This document shows, piece after piece, positions 26,289 through 39,700 of a stretch of 64,000 nucleotides of DNA (its first letter is position 1; each line of letters begins with the position of its first letter). Under the pieces are notes generated by a model. It was not told where the DNA came from and made no database searches. It saw only the letters and a list, made by a program, of their open reading frames with translations. The translations under genes and the position numbers were made by a program. The DNA is from Eledone cirrhosa. Its lineage: Eukaryota. The stretch lies in contig OZ024741.1 in assembly GCA_964016885.1 (NCBI GenBank), positions 404,116,001-404,180,000 of the forward strand. The letters run 5' to 3'.

Positions 26289-27835
26289 GTGGGAAAGTAA
26301 AAATCGGAGAATAGACCGTTAAAACATGTTTATTTAAAACAGCACCGACGTACGTTTCGCCCAGTTGGGCTTCTCAAGGGCAGAAATAATCAAAAGTGTT
26401 CCTTATATTGCTCGGAAAGAGTTTTGGGGGTTAAATCCACATCAAGGTTCATTGCTCGCAAAAATAGCTTGTTTTGATTTTGCAGCAGGTCAAGAGAGGT
26501 AACTCTGGCCGGTGTTAGGGCAGTCTTTCCCGGACAATTTTTTTTCATCTGCTACGAGATGAGGTTACAACCTTACCATTGTCGATACGCATGTAATCAA
26601 CGCTTATTTTGAGAGTTTTTTTGGGGGTTTTTTGTCGCATCTATTTGTCTGAGTCGTTTGAGGCTGGGTCTGGTATGCAAGGATTGTTTCCTGGATGTTA
26701 TTTTGCAGCGCCTGCCCGCCGGGGTGTTAAGACTTATTGCAGGGAGATCCGGTGCACGTTTTCACTCCTCATCCTTAACCCATCTGAAGAAGGATATTTT
26801 TAAGCGATGTGTATAACTTATCGCTGTTTCAGCTCTGCTGTTGACGAGCTCGTGGGGTGCAGTTATGATGTGGTAGAGCTCCATGAGGCAAAGATAGCAT
26901 TTCCTCTTGAAGTTGTACGGTGAAGCCCTGCCGACAATCTCACAGTGCGTGGAGAAGCTGATGTTTAAGTCCTTTAGATCACATCACTAAAGGACTTAAA
27001 CATCAGCTTCTCCACGCACTGGGAGATTGTCGGCAGGGCTGCACCGTACAACTTCAAGAGGAAATGCGATATTTGCCTCATGGAACTCTACCACATCATA
27101 ACTGCACCCCACGAACTCATCAACAGCAGAGCTGAAACAGCGATGAGTTGTACACATCGCTTAAAAATATCCTTCTTCAGATGGGTTAAGAATGAGGAGT
27201 GAAACCGTGCACCGGATCTCCCTGCAACAAGTCTTAACACCCCGGCGGGCAGGCGCTGCAAAATAACACCCAGGAAACAATCCTTGCATACCAGACCCAG
27301 CCTCAAACGACTCAGACAAACAGATGCGGCAAAAAAAAAGAAAAGCTCTCAAAATAAGCGTTGATTACATGCGTATCGACAATGGTAAGGTTGTAACCTC
27401 ATCTCGTAGCAGATAAAAAAAATTTGTCCGGGAAAGACTGCCCTAACACCGGCCAGAGTTACCTCGCTTGACCTGCTGCAAAATCAAAACAAGCTATTTT
27501 TGCGTGCAATGAACCTTGATGTGGTTTAACCCCCAAAACTCTTTCCGAGCAATTTAAGGAACACTTTTGATTATTTATGCCCTTGAGAAGCCCAACTGGG
27601 CGAAACGTACGTAGGTGCTGTTTTAAATAAACATGTTTTAACGGTCTATTCTCCGATTTTTTACTTTCCCACGTGCTTACGCTCTGCTAACTCTCTAGCC
27701 CACTAAATATTAACACTTCGAATATTTAATACTGCCGGCACTAGTATCGAGCAACTTTGGCATACGCTACTTGGCAAATAACTATATGTATCACCTATCC
27801 TCCCCTTTTTTTTCTCTTTCTCGATACGTAAATAC
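26287..27835. mobile_element. PLE foldback: ~690-bp inverted arms with a 9-nt spacer plus a 3' tail
   Basis: 26287-26977 is inverted to 26987-27674. The right arm encodes LKDLNISFSTHWEIVGRAAPYNFKRKCDICLMELYHII..LINSRAE..CTHR (GIY-YIG end). Hammerheads at 26342-26381(-) and 27579-27618(+). Confidence 0.9.
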
Positions 27836-27851
27836 TGTATATATATATATA

Positions 27852-28736
<885 letters not shown>

Positions 28737-28797
28737 TAACGGATTAAAGTTTTAGCAAAGAATCGCTGCTTTCACCCTTAACGGGATCTTCTGAAAC

Positions 28798-29188
<391 letters not shown>

Positions 29189-29318
29189 TATATAGATAGA
29201 TAGACAGATAGATAGATATATAGATAGATAGATAGATATAGAGAGAGACGCATATATATATTATTTATATATGTGTGTGTATACATACATATATATCTAT
29301 ACACACATACACACACAC

Positions 29319-29376
<58 letters not shown>

Positions 29377-29505
29377 ATGTATGTGTGTGTATATATATGT
29401 ACATATAAATATATATATATATATGTATGCATGTATGTTTGTATATGTATATATATATGTATATATGTATATATATTTAATGTATAATAATTACCAGATT
29501 AAAAT

Positions 29506-29583
29506 AATTACCTCATTACCAGAGGTTTCCCGAATAAGACGAATACAAGAAACGTCTGCATTCGTTCGTCAGACGAGGCAATT
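29506..29583 (-). ncRNA. Type I hammerhead ribozyme motif
   Basis: Minus strand: aattgcctcgt CTGACGA a cgaat...attcg g GAAACC tct GGTA atgaggtaatt; 11-bp stem I with two G-U pairs. Confidence 0.72.
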
Positions 29584-29787
29584 CCCTAAATATCTATATC
29601 TATATATATATATATATATATACATTTACTCCCATGTACGTCAATACTCATCTTTTTCCATTTCTCCGAGGGTTCTTAACTCCAATATCTGGCTAAATAA
29701 TTTCTTTAATTTCTTCAAAATACGGCGATAACTTACATTTATAATAATTTCAAACCCGCTCGCTGTTTCGAAAATATTCTTACTATA

Positions 29788-29823
<36 letters not shown>

Positions 29824-29885
29824 GAGAGAGAGAGAAAGAGAGATATTTATATATATATATATATATATGTATTGTATATATATAT

Positions 29886-30069
29886 ATTGTTTCTACTTTT
29901 GGCACAAGGCCAGCAATTACCCAGTGTATTACTGGTACTTTATTTTATCGACCCCATAAGGATGAAAGGCAAAGTTAACCTCGGCGGGATTTGAACTCAG
30001 AATGGCAAGGGCCGTAACTCTATGCGTCAAAGCATGGTGTCCGACCCTCTACCGATACTGCCAATCCAC
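29886..30069 (-). mobile_element. Near full-length Nin-domain-like SINE
   Basis: Complete head-to-tail match to 22233-22430 and 46354-46542. Confidence 0.88.
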
Positions 30070-30172
30070 TGATATATATACATGTATATATATACATGTA
30101 TATATATACATATGTATATATATGTGCACATATGTCTGTATGTATATAAATGTAATATATATGCAATGTATG

Positions 30173-30278
<106 letters not shown>

Positions 30279-30672
30279 TACATATATATATATATATGTA
30301 TGTATGTATGTAAAGTATGCATGTATGAATGTATGTATGTATATATGTATGCCCACATATACACCAATAATATATATATTTTATTATTTTATTATTTGAT
30401 ATTACAATTATGTATCTATTCATTCATTTGAGTTTCCTGGCGCAATGGTAAGTATTCTGAGAGACATAAGTTGGTATCTCTTGTTACCAGTGTATGGCTG
30501 CAGCAGTTGTAAAATCAATAATAGTACGACACATTGCCAGGAACAGACATCCATTAATACAGGAAGATGGGTACACACGTATACTACACTTTTAAGTTCC
30601 ACTTCAATAGCGCTCGAGCCGCATTACAGAGTTTTTTTTAAATATAATGCTAAATTATTTTCAGTGTTATTT

Positions 30673-32827
30673 GGTGGATTGGCAGTAGCGGTAGAGGGTC
30701 CGACACCATGCTAGGGTGGTGGATTGACAGTATCGGTAGAGGGTCGGACACCATGCTAGGGTGGTGGATTGACAGTATCGGTAGAGGGTGGGACACCATG
30801 CTAGGGTGGTGGATTGGCAGTAGCGGTAGAGGGTGGGACACCATGCTAGGGTGGTGGATTGGCAGTAGCGGTAGAGGGTGGGACACCATGCTAGGGTGGT
30901 GGATTGGCAGTAGCGGTAGAGGGTGGGACACCATGCTAGGGTGGTGGATTGGCAGTAGCGGTAGAGGGTGGGACACCATGCTAGGGTGGTGGATTGGCAG
31001 TATCGGTAGAGGGTCGGACACCATGCTAGGGTGGTAGATTGGCAGTATCGGTAGAGGGTGGGACACCATGCTAGGGTGGTGGATTGGCAGTAGCGGTAGA
31101 GGGTCAGACACCATGCTAGTGTGGTGGATTGGCAGTATCGGTAGAGGGTCGGACACCATGCTAGGGTGGTGGATTGGCAGTATCGGTAGAGGGTCGGACA
31201 CCATGCTAGGGTGGTGGATTGGCAGTAGCGGTAGAGGGTGGGACACCATGCTAGGGTGGTGGATTGGCAGTATCGGTAGAGGGTGGGACACCATGCTAGT
31301 GTGGTGGATTGGCAGTATCGGTAGAGGGTCGGACACCATGCTAGGGTGGTGGATTGGCAGTATCGGTAGAGGGTCGGACACCATGCTAGGGTGGTGGATT
31401 GGCAGTATCGGTAGAGGGTCGGACACCATGCTAGGGTGGTGGATTGGCAGTAGCGGTAGAGGGTCGGACACCATGCTAGGGTGGTGGATTGGCAGTATCG
31501 GTAGAGGGTGGGACACCATGCTAGGGTGGTGGATTGGCAGTATCGGTAGAGGGTCGGACACCATGCTAGGGTGGTGGATTGGCAGTAGCGGTAGAGGGTG
31601 GGACACCATGCTAGGGTGGTGGATTGGCAGTATCGGTAGAGGGTGGGACACCATGCTAGTGTGGTGGATTGGCAGTATCGGTAGAGGGTCGGACACCATG
31701 CTAGGGTGGTGGATTGGCAGTATCGGTAGAGGGTCGGACACCATGCTAGGGTGGTGGATTGGCAGTATCGGTAGAGGGTCGGACACCATGCTAGGGTGGT
31801 GGATTGGCAGTAGCGGTAGAGGGTCGGACACCATGCTAGGGTGGTGGATTGGCAGTATCGGTAGAGGGTGGGACACCATGCTAGGGTGGTGGATTGGCAG
31901 TATCGGTAGAGGGTCGGACACCATGCTAGGGTGGTGGATTGGCAGTAGCGGTAGAGGGTGGGACACCATGCTAGGGTGGTGGATTGGCAGTATCGGTAGA
32001 GGGTGGGACACCATGCTAGGGTGGTGGATTGGCAGTATCGGTAGAGGGTCGGACACCATGTTAGGGTGGTGGATTGGCAGTAGCGGTAGAGGGTGGGACA
32101 CCATGGTAGGGTGGTGGATTGGCAGTATCGGTAGAGGGTGGGACACCATGCTAGGGTGGTGGATTGGCAGTATCGGTAGAGGGTCGGACACCATGCTAGG
32201 GTGGTGGATTGGCAGTAGCGGTAGAGGGTGGGACACCATGCTAGGGTGGTGGATTGGCAGTATCGGTAGAGGGTCGGACACCATGCTAGGGCAGTGGATT
32301 GGCAGTAGCGGTAGAGGGTGGGACACCATGCTAGGGTGGTGGATTGGCAGTATCGGTAGAGGGTGGGACACCATGCTAGTGTGGTGGATTGGCAGTATCG
32401 GTAGAGGGTCGGACACCATGTTAGGGTGGTGGATTGGCAGTAGCGGTAGAGGGTGGGACACCATGCTAGGGTGGTGGATTGGCAGTATCGGTAGAGGGTG
32501 GGACACCATGCTAGGGTGGTGGATTGGCAGTATCGGTAGAGGGTCGGACACCATGCTAGGGTGGTGGATTGGCAGTAGCGGTAGAGGGTGGGACACCATG
32601 CTAGGGTGGTGGATTGGCAGTATCGGTAGAGGGTCGGACACCATGCTAGGGTGGTGGATTGGCAGTATCGGTAGAGGGTGGGACGCCATGCTAGGGTGGT
32701 GGATTTGCAGTATCGGTAGAGGGTGGGACGCCATGTTAGGGTGGTGGATTGGCAGTAGCGGTAGAGGGTCAGACACCATGCTAGGGTGGTGGATTGGCAG
32801 TATCGGTAGAGGGTCGGACGCCATGCT
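30673..32827 (+). repeat. 45-bp tandem array 1 (~48 units) derived from the SINE 5' head
   Basis: Unit gggtggtggattggcagta(t/g)cggtagagggt(c/g)ggacaccatgcta; runs directly into a SINE body at 32828. Confidence 0.95.
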
Positions 32828-32998
32828 TTGCAGCAAAGAGTTACGCGCCTTTATGAACTGAGTTCAAATCCCGCCAAGGTTAACTCTGCCTTTCATCCTT
32901 ACGGCGTCGATAAAATAAAGTAACAGTCACGCACTGGGATCGATTTAATCGACTTCCCCCTCCCCCAAAAGGCCTTGTGCGTTTATAAGACGCAATTA
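32783..32998 (+). mobile_element. Nin-domain-like SINE terminating array 1
   Basis: The last unit continues ttgcagcaaagagttacg...gagttcaaatcccgcc..gcctttcatccttacggcgtcgataaaataaagt. Confidence 0.9.
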
Positions 32999-33344
32999 TT
33001 ATTGTATTATTATTAGTATTAAATTATGTCTGTAAATTAAAGGTGGACAACTGGGAGAGGGTACTTGCCCTGGTGGTCTGGGTCACTGTGGCTTTTTAAT
33101 GGGCTTTCTCCACGATTGTCCCTCGGAAGTCTCCCCCGTATTGGGGAATTTTTCATTGTTATTTTTTTGTTACATGCTCTGTTTTTGTTTTTTACACGCA
33201 GAAATGCCCATTTGTACCGTCCTGTATTGTCCTCTATTGTCCTTAATGTCTACTTTATGTAAACCCTTGCGGTTAATACAGAAAGCATTATTAGTATTAT
33301 TGGCTATATTATTATTAGTATTATTGGCAGTATTTTTATTAGTA

Positions 33345-33705
33345 TTATTGGCAGTATTGGTGGATTGGCAGTTTCGGTAGAGCGTCCGACAACATGCTTT
33401 GTGACATAGAGTTACGTTCGTATTTTGTTCTGAGGTCAAACCCCATCGAGATTATGTTTCCCCTCCCCAAATATTTCTGGGCCTGTTGCTTAAATTAGAA
33501 ACCATTATTATTATTGGCAGTATCGGTAGAGCATCGAACAACATGCTTTGTGGCATAGACTTACGGCCCATTGCATTCAGTATTTAAATCCTGCCTACAC
33601 TAGCTTTACCTTTCATCCTTACAGGTTCGGTAAAATAAAGTACCAGTAATACACTGATTTATTGCTGGCCTTGTGCCTAAAGTAGAAACAATTATTGTTG
33701 GCAGA
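33345..33705 (+). mobile_element. Two older tandem SINE copies upstream of array 2
   Basis: Heads at ~33360 and ~33515 with B-box and Nin-like segments and (att)n tails. Confidence 0.75.
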
Positions 33706-33709
33706 ATTG

Positions 33710-36700
33710 GGGTGGTGGATTGGCAGTATCGGTAGAGCGTGGGACACCATGCTAGGGTGGTGGACGGGCAGCATAGGTAGAGGCTGGGACGCCATACTAG
33801 GGTGGTGGATTGGCAGTATCGGGGCAGGGACGGACACCATGTTAGGGTGGTGGATTGGCAGTATCGGTAGAGGGTGGGACACCATGCTAGGGTGGTGGAT
33901 TGGCAGTATCAGTAGAGGTTCGGACACCATGCTAGGGGGTGGATTGGCAGTATCGGTAAAGGGTCGGACACCATGCTAGGGTGGGGGATTGGCAGTATCG
34001 GGGGAGGGTCGGACACCATGCTAGGGTGGTGGATTGGCAGTATCGGGGGAGGGTCGGACACCATGCTAGGGTGGTGGATTAGCAGTATCGGTAGAGGGTC
34101 GGACACCATACTAGGGTGGTGGATTGGCAGTATCGGTAAAAGGTCGGACACCATGTTAGGGTGGTGGATTGGCAGTATCGGTAAAGGGTCGGACACCATG
34201 TTAGGGTGGTGGATTGGCAGTATCGGTAAAGGGTCGGACACCATGTTAGGGCGGTGGATTGGCAGTATCGGTAGAGGGTCGGAAACCATACTAGGGGGTG
34301 GATTGGCAGTATCGGTAGAGGTTGGGACACCATGCTAGGGTGACGGATTGGCAGTATCGGTAGAGGGTGGGACACCATGCTAGGGAGGTGGATTGGCAGT
34401 ATCGGGGGAGGGTCGAACACCATGCTAGGGTGGTAGATTGGCAGTATCGGTAGAGGGTGGGAAACCATGCTAGGGAGGTGGATTGGCACTATCGGTAGAG
34501 GGTGGGACACCATGCTAGGGTGGTGGATTGGCAATATCTGGGGAGGGTCGGACACCATGCTAGGGTGGTGGATTGGCAGTATCGGGGGAGGGTCGGACAC
34601 CATGCTAGGGTGGTGGATTGGCAGTATCGGTAGAGGGTCGGACACCATGCTAGGGTGGTGGATTAACAGTATCGGTAGAGGGTGGGACACCATGCTAGGG
34701 TGGTGGATTGGCAGTATCGGTAGAGGGTGGGACACCATGTTAGGGCGGTGGATTAGCAGTATCGGTAGAGGGTCAGACACCATGCTAGCGGGTGGATTGG
34801 CAGTATCGGTAAAGGGTGGGACACCATGTTAGGGTGGTGGATTGGCAGTATCGGTAAAGGGTCGGACACCATGTTAGGGCGGTGGATTGGCAGTATCGGT
34901 AGAGGGTGGGACACCATGCTAGGGAGGTGGATTGGCAGTATCGGTAGAGGGTGGGACACCATGCTGGGTGGTGGATTGGCAGTATCGGTAGAGGGTCGGA
35001 CACCATGATAGGGAGGTGGATTGGCAGTATCGGTAGAGGGTCGGACACCATGCTAGGTTGGTAGATTGACAGTATCCGTAGAGGTTGGGACACCATGCTA
35101 GGGTGGTGGATTGGCAGTATCGGTAGAGGGTCGGACACCATGCTAGGGTGGTGGATTGGCAGCATAGGTAGAGGCTGTGACGCCATGCTAGGGTGGTGGA
35201 TTGGGAGTATCGGGGGAGGGACGGACACGATGCTAGGGTGGTGGATTGGCAGTTTCTGTAGAGGTTTGGACACCATGCTAGGGGGTGGATTGGCAGTATC
35301 GGTAAAGGGTCGGACACCATGTTAGGGCGGTGAATTGGCAGTATCGGTAGAGGGTGGGACACCATGCTAGGGTGGTGGATTGGCAGTATCGGGGGAGGGT
35401 CGGACACCATGCTAGGGTGGTGGATTGACAGTATCGGTAGAGGGTCGGAAACCATACTAGGGGGTGGATTGGCAGTATCGGTAAAGGGTCGGACACCATG
35501 TTAGGGTGGTGGATTCGCAGTATCGGTAAAGGGTCGGACACCATGTTAGGGCGGTGGATTGGCAGTATCGGTAGAGGGTGGGACACCATGCTAGGGTGGT
35601 GGATTGGCAGTATCGGTAGAGGGTGGGACAGCATGCTAGGGTGGTGCATTGGCAGTATCGGTAGAGGGTCGGACACCATGCTAGGGTGGTGGATTGGCAG
35701 TATCGGTAGAGGGTGGGACACCAAGCTAGGGAGGTGGATTCGCAGTATCGGGGGAGGGTCGAACACCATGCTAGGGTGGTAGATTGGCAGTATCGGTAGA
35801 GGGTGGGACACCATGCTAGGGAGGTGGATTGGCACTATCGGTAGAGGGTCGGACACCATGCTAGGGTGGTGGATTGGCAGTATCGTTAGAGGGTGGGACA
35901 CCATGCTAGGGAGGTGGATTGGCAGTATCGGTAGAGGGTCGGACACCATGCTAGGGTGGAGGATTAACAGTATCGGTAGAGGGTCGGACACCATGCTAGG
36001 GTGGTGGATTAACAGTATCGGTAGAGGGTCGGACACCATGCTAGGGTGGTGGATTGGCAGTATCGGTAGAGGGTGGGACACCATGCTAGGCAGGTGGATT
36101 GGCAGTATCGGTAGAGGGTCGGACACCATACTAGGGCGGTGGATTGGCAGTATCTGTAGAGGGTGGGACACCATGTTAGGGTGGTGGATTGGCAGTATCG
36201 GTAGAGGGTGGGACACCATGTTAGGGTGGTGGATTAATAGTATCGGTAGAGGGTGGGACACAGTGCTAGGGTGGTGGATTGGCAGTATCGGTAGAGGGTG
36301 GGACACCATGTTAGGGTGGTGGATTGGCAGTATCGGTAGAGGGTGGGACACCATGCTAGGGTGGTGGATTGGCAGTATCGGGGGAGGGTCGGACACCATG
36401 CTAGGGGGTGGATTGGCAGTATCGGTAAAGGGTCGGACACCATGTTAGGGTGGTGGATTGGCAGTATCGGTAGAGGGTGGGACACCATGCTAGGATGGTG
36501 GATTGGCAGTATCGGGGGAGGGTCGGACACCATGCTAGGGTGGTGGATTGGCAGTATCGGGGGAGGGTCGGACACCATGCTAGGGTGGTGGATTAGCAGT
36601 ATCGGTAGAGGGTCGGACACCATACTAGGGTGGTGGATTGGCAGTATCGGTAAAAGGTCGGACACCATGTTAGGGTGGTGGATTGGCAGTATCGGTAAAG

Positions 36701-39700
36701 GGTCGGACACCATGTTAGGGTGGTGGATTGGCAGTATCGGTAAAGGGTCGGACACCATGTTAGGGCGGTGGATTGGCAGTATCGGTAGAGGGTCGGAAAC
36801 CATACTAGGGGGTGGATTGGCAGTATCGGTAGAGGTTGGGACACCATGCTAGGGTGACGGATTGGCAGTATCGGTAGAGGGTGGGACACCATGCTAGGGA
36901 GGTGGATTGGCAGTATCGGGGGAGGGTCGAACACCATGCTAGGGTGGTAGATTGGCAGTATCGGTAGAGGGTGGGAAACCATGCTAGGGAGGTGGATTGG
37001 CACTATCGGTAGAGGGTGGGACACCATGCTAGGGTGGTGGATTGGCAGTATCTGGGGAGGGTCAGACACCATGCTAGGGTGGTGGATTGGCAGTATCGGG
37101 GGAGGGTCGGACACCATGCTAGGGTGGTGGATTGGCAGTATCGGTAGAGGGTCGGACACCATGCTAGGGTGGTGGATTAACAGTATCGGTAGAGGGTCGG
37201 ACACCATGCTAGGGTGGTGGATTGGCAGTATCGGTAGAGGGTGGGACACCATGTTAGGGCGGTGGATTAGCAGTATCGGTAGAGGGTCAGACACCATGCT
37301 AGCGGGTGGATTGGCAGTATCGGTAAAGGGTGGGACACCATGTTAGGGTGGTGGATTGGCAGTATCGGTAAAGGGTCGGACACCATGTTAGGGCGGTGGA
37401 TTGGCAGTATCGGTAGAGGGTGGGACACCATGCTAGGGAGGTGGATTGGCAGTATCGGTAGAGGGTGGGACACCATGCTGGGTGGTGGATTGGCAGTATC
37501 GGTAGAGGGTCGGACACCATGATAGGGAGGTGGATTGGCAGTATCGGTAGAGGGTCGGACACCATGCTAGGTTGGTAGATTGACAGTATCCGTAGAGGTT
37601 GGGACACCATGCTAGGGTGGTGGATTGGCAGTATCGGTAGAGGGTCGGACACCATGCTAGGGTGGTGGATTGGCAGCATAGGTAGAGGCTGTGACGCCAT
37701 GCTAGGGTGGTGGATTGGGAGTATCGGGGGAGGGACGGACACGATGCTAGGGTGGTGGATTGGCAGTTTCTGTAGAGGTTTGGACACCATGCTAGGGGGT
37801 GGATTGGCAGTATCGGTAAAGGGTCGGACACCATGTTAGGGCGGTGAATTGGCAGTATCGGTAGAGGGTGGGACACCATGCTAGGGTGGTGGATTGGCAG
37901 TATCGGGGGAGGGTCGGACACCATGCTAGGGTGGTGGATTGACAGTATCGGTAGAGGGTCGGAAACCATACTAGGGGGTGGATTGGCAGTATCGGTAAAG
38001 GGTCGGACACCATGTTAGGGTGGTGGATTGGCAGTATCGGTAAAGGGTCGGACACCATGTTAGGGCGGTGGATTGGCAGTATCGGTAGAGGGTGGGACAC
38101 CATGCTAGGGTGGTGGATTGGCAGTATCGGTAGAGGGTGGGACAGCATGCTAGGGTGGTGCATTGGCAGTATCGGTAGAGGGTCGGACACCATGCTAGGG
38201 TGGTGGATTGGCAGTATCGGTAGAGGGTGGGACACCAAGCTAGGGAGGTGGATTCGCAGTATCGGGGGAGGGTCGAACACCATGCTAGGGTGGTAGATTG
38301 GCAGTATCGGTAGAGGGTGGGACACCATGCTAGGGAGGTGGATTGGCACTATCGGTAGAGGGTCGGACACCATGCTAGGGTGGTGGATTGGCAGTATCGT
38401 TAGAGGGTGGGACACCATGCTAGGGAGGTGGATTGGCAGTATCGGTAGAGGGTCGGACACCATGCTAGGGTGGAGGATTAACAGTATCGGTAGAGGGTCG
38501 GACACCATGCTAGGGTGGTGGATTAACAGTATCGGTAGAGGGTCGGACACCATGCTAGGGTGGTGGATTGGCAGTATCGGTAGAGGGTGGGACACCATGC
38601 TAGGCAGGTGGATTGGCAGTATCGGTAGAGGGTCGGACACCATACTAGGGCGGTGGATTGGCAGTATCGGTAGAGGGTGGGACACCATGTTAGGGTGGTG
38701 GATTGGCAGTATCGGTAGAGGGTGGGACACCATGTTAGGGTGGTGGATTAATAGTATCGGTAGAGGGTGGTACACAGTGCTAGGGTGGTGGATTGGCAGT
38801 ATCGGTAGAGGGTGGGACACCATGCTAGGGAGGTGGATTGGCAGTATCGGTAGAGGGTGGGACACCATGTTAGGGTGGTGGATTAACAGTATCGGTAGAG
38901 TGTGGGACACCATGCTAGGGTGGTGGATTGGCAGTATCGGTAGAGGGTCGGACACCATGCTAGGGTGGTGGATTGGCAGTATAGGTAGAGGGTGGGGCAC
39001 CATGCTAGGGTGGTGGATTGGCAGTATCGGTAGAGGGTCGGACACCATGCTAGGGGGTGGATTGGTAGTAACGGTAGAGGGTCGGACGCCATGTTAGGGT
39101 GGTGGATTGGCAGTATCGGTAAAGGGTCGGACACCATGTTAGGTCGGTGGATTGGCAGTATCGGTAAAGGGTCGGACACCATGTTAGGGTGGTGGATTGG
39201 CAGTAACGGTAGAGGGTCGGACGCCATGTTAGGGTGGTGGATTGGCAGTATCGGTAAAGGGTCGGACACCATGTTAGTGCGGTGGATTGGCAGTATCGGT
39301 AAAGGGTCGGACACCCTTTTAAGGTGGTGGCTTTGCAGTATCGGTAAAGGGTCGGACACCATGTTAGGGCGGTGGATTGGCAGTATCGGTAGAGGGTGGG
39401 ACACCATGCTAGGGAGGTGGATTGGCACTATCGGTAGAGGGTGGGACACCATGCTAGGGTGGTGGATTGGCAGTATCGGTAGAGGGTCTGACAGAATGCT
39501 AGGGTGGTGGATTGGCAGTATCGGTAGAGGGTCGGACACCATGCTAGGGTGGTGGATTAACAGTACCGGTAGAGGGTGGGACACCATGCTAGGGTGGTGG
39601 ATTGGCAGTATCGGTAGAGGGTGGGACACCGTACTAGGGTGGTGGATTAACAGTACCGGTAGAGGGTGGGACACCATGCTAGGGTGGTGGATTGGCAGTA

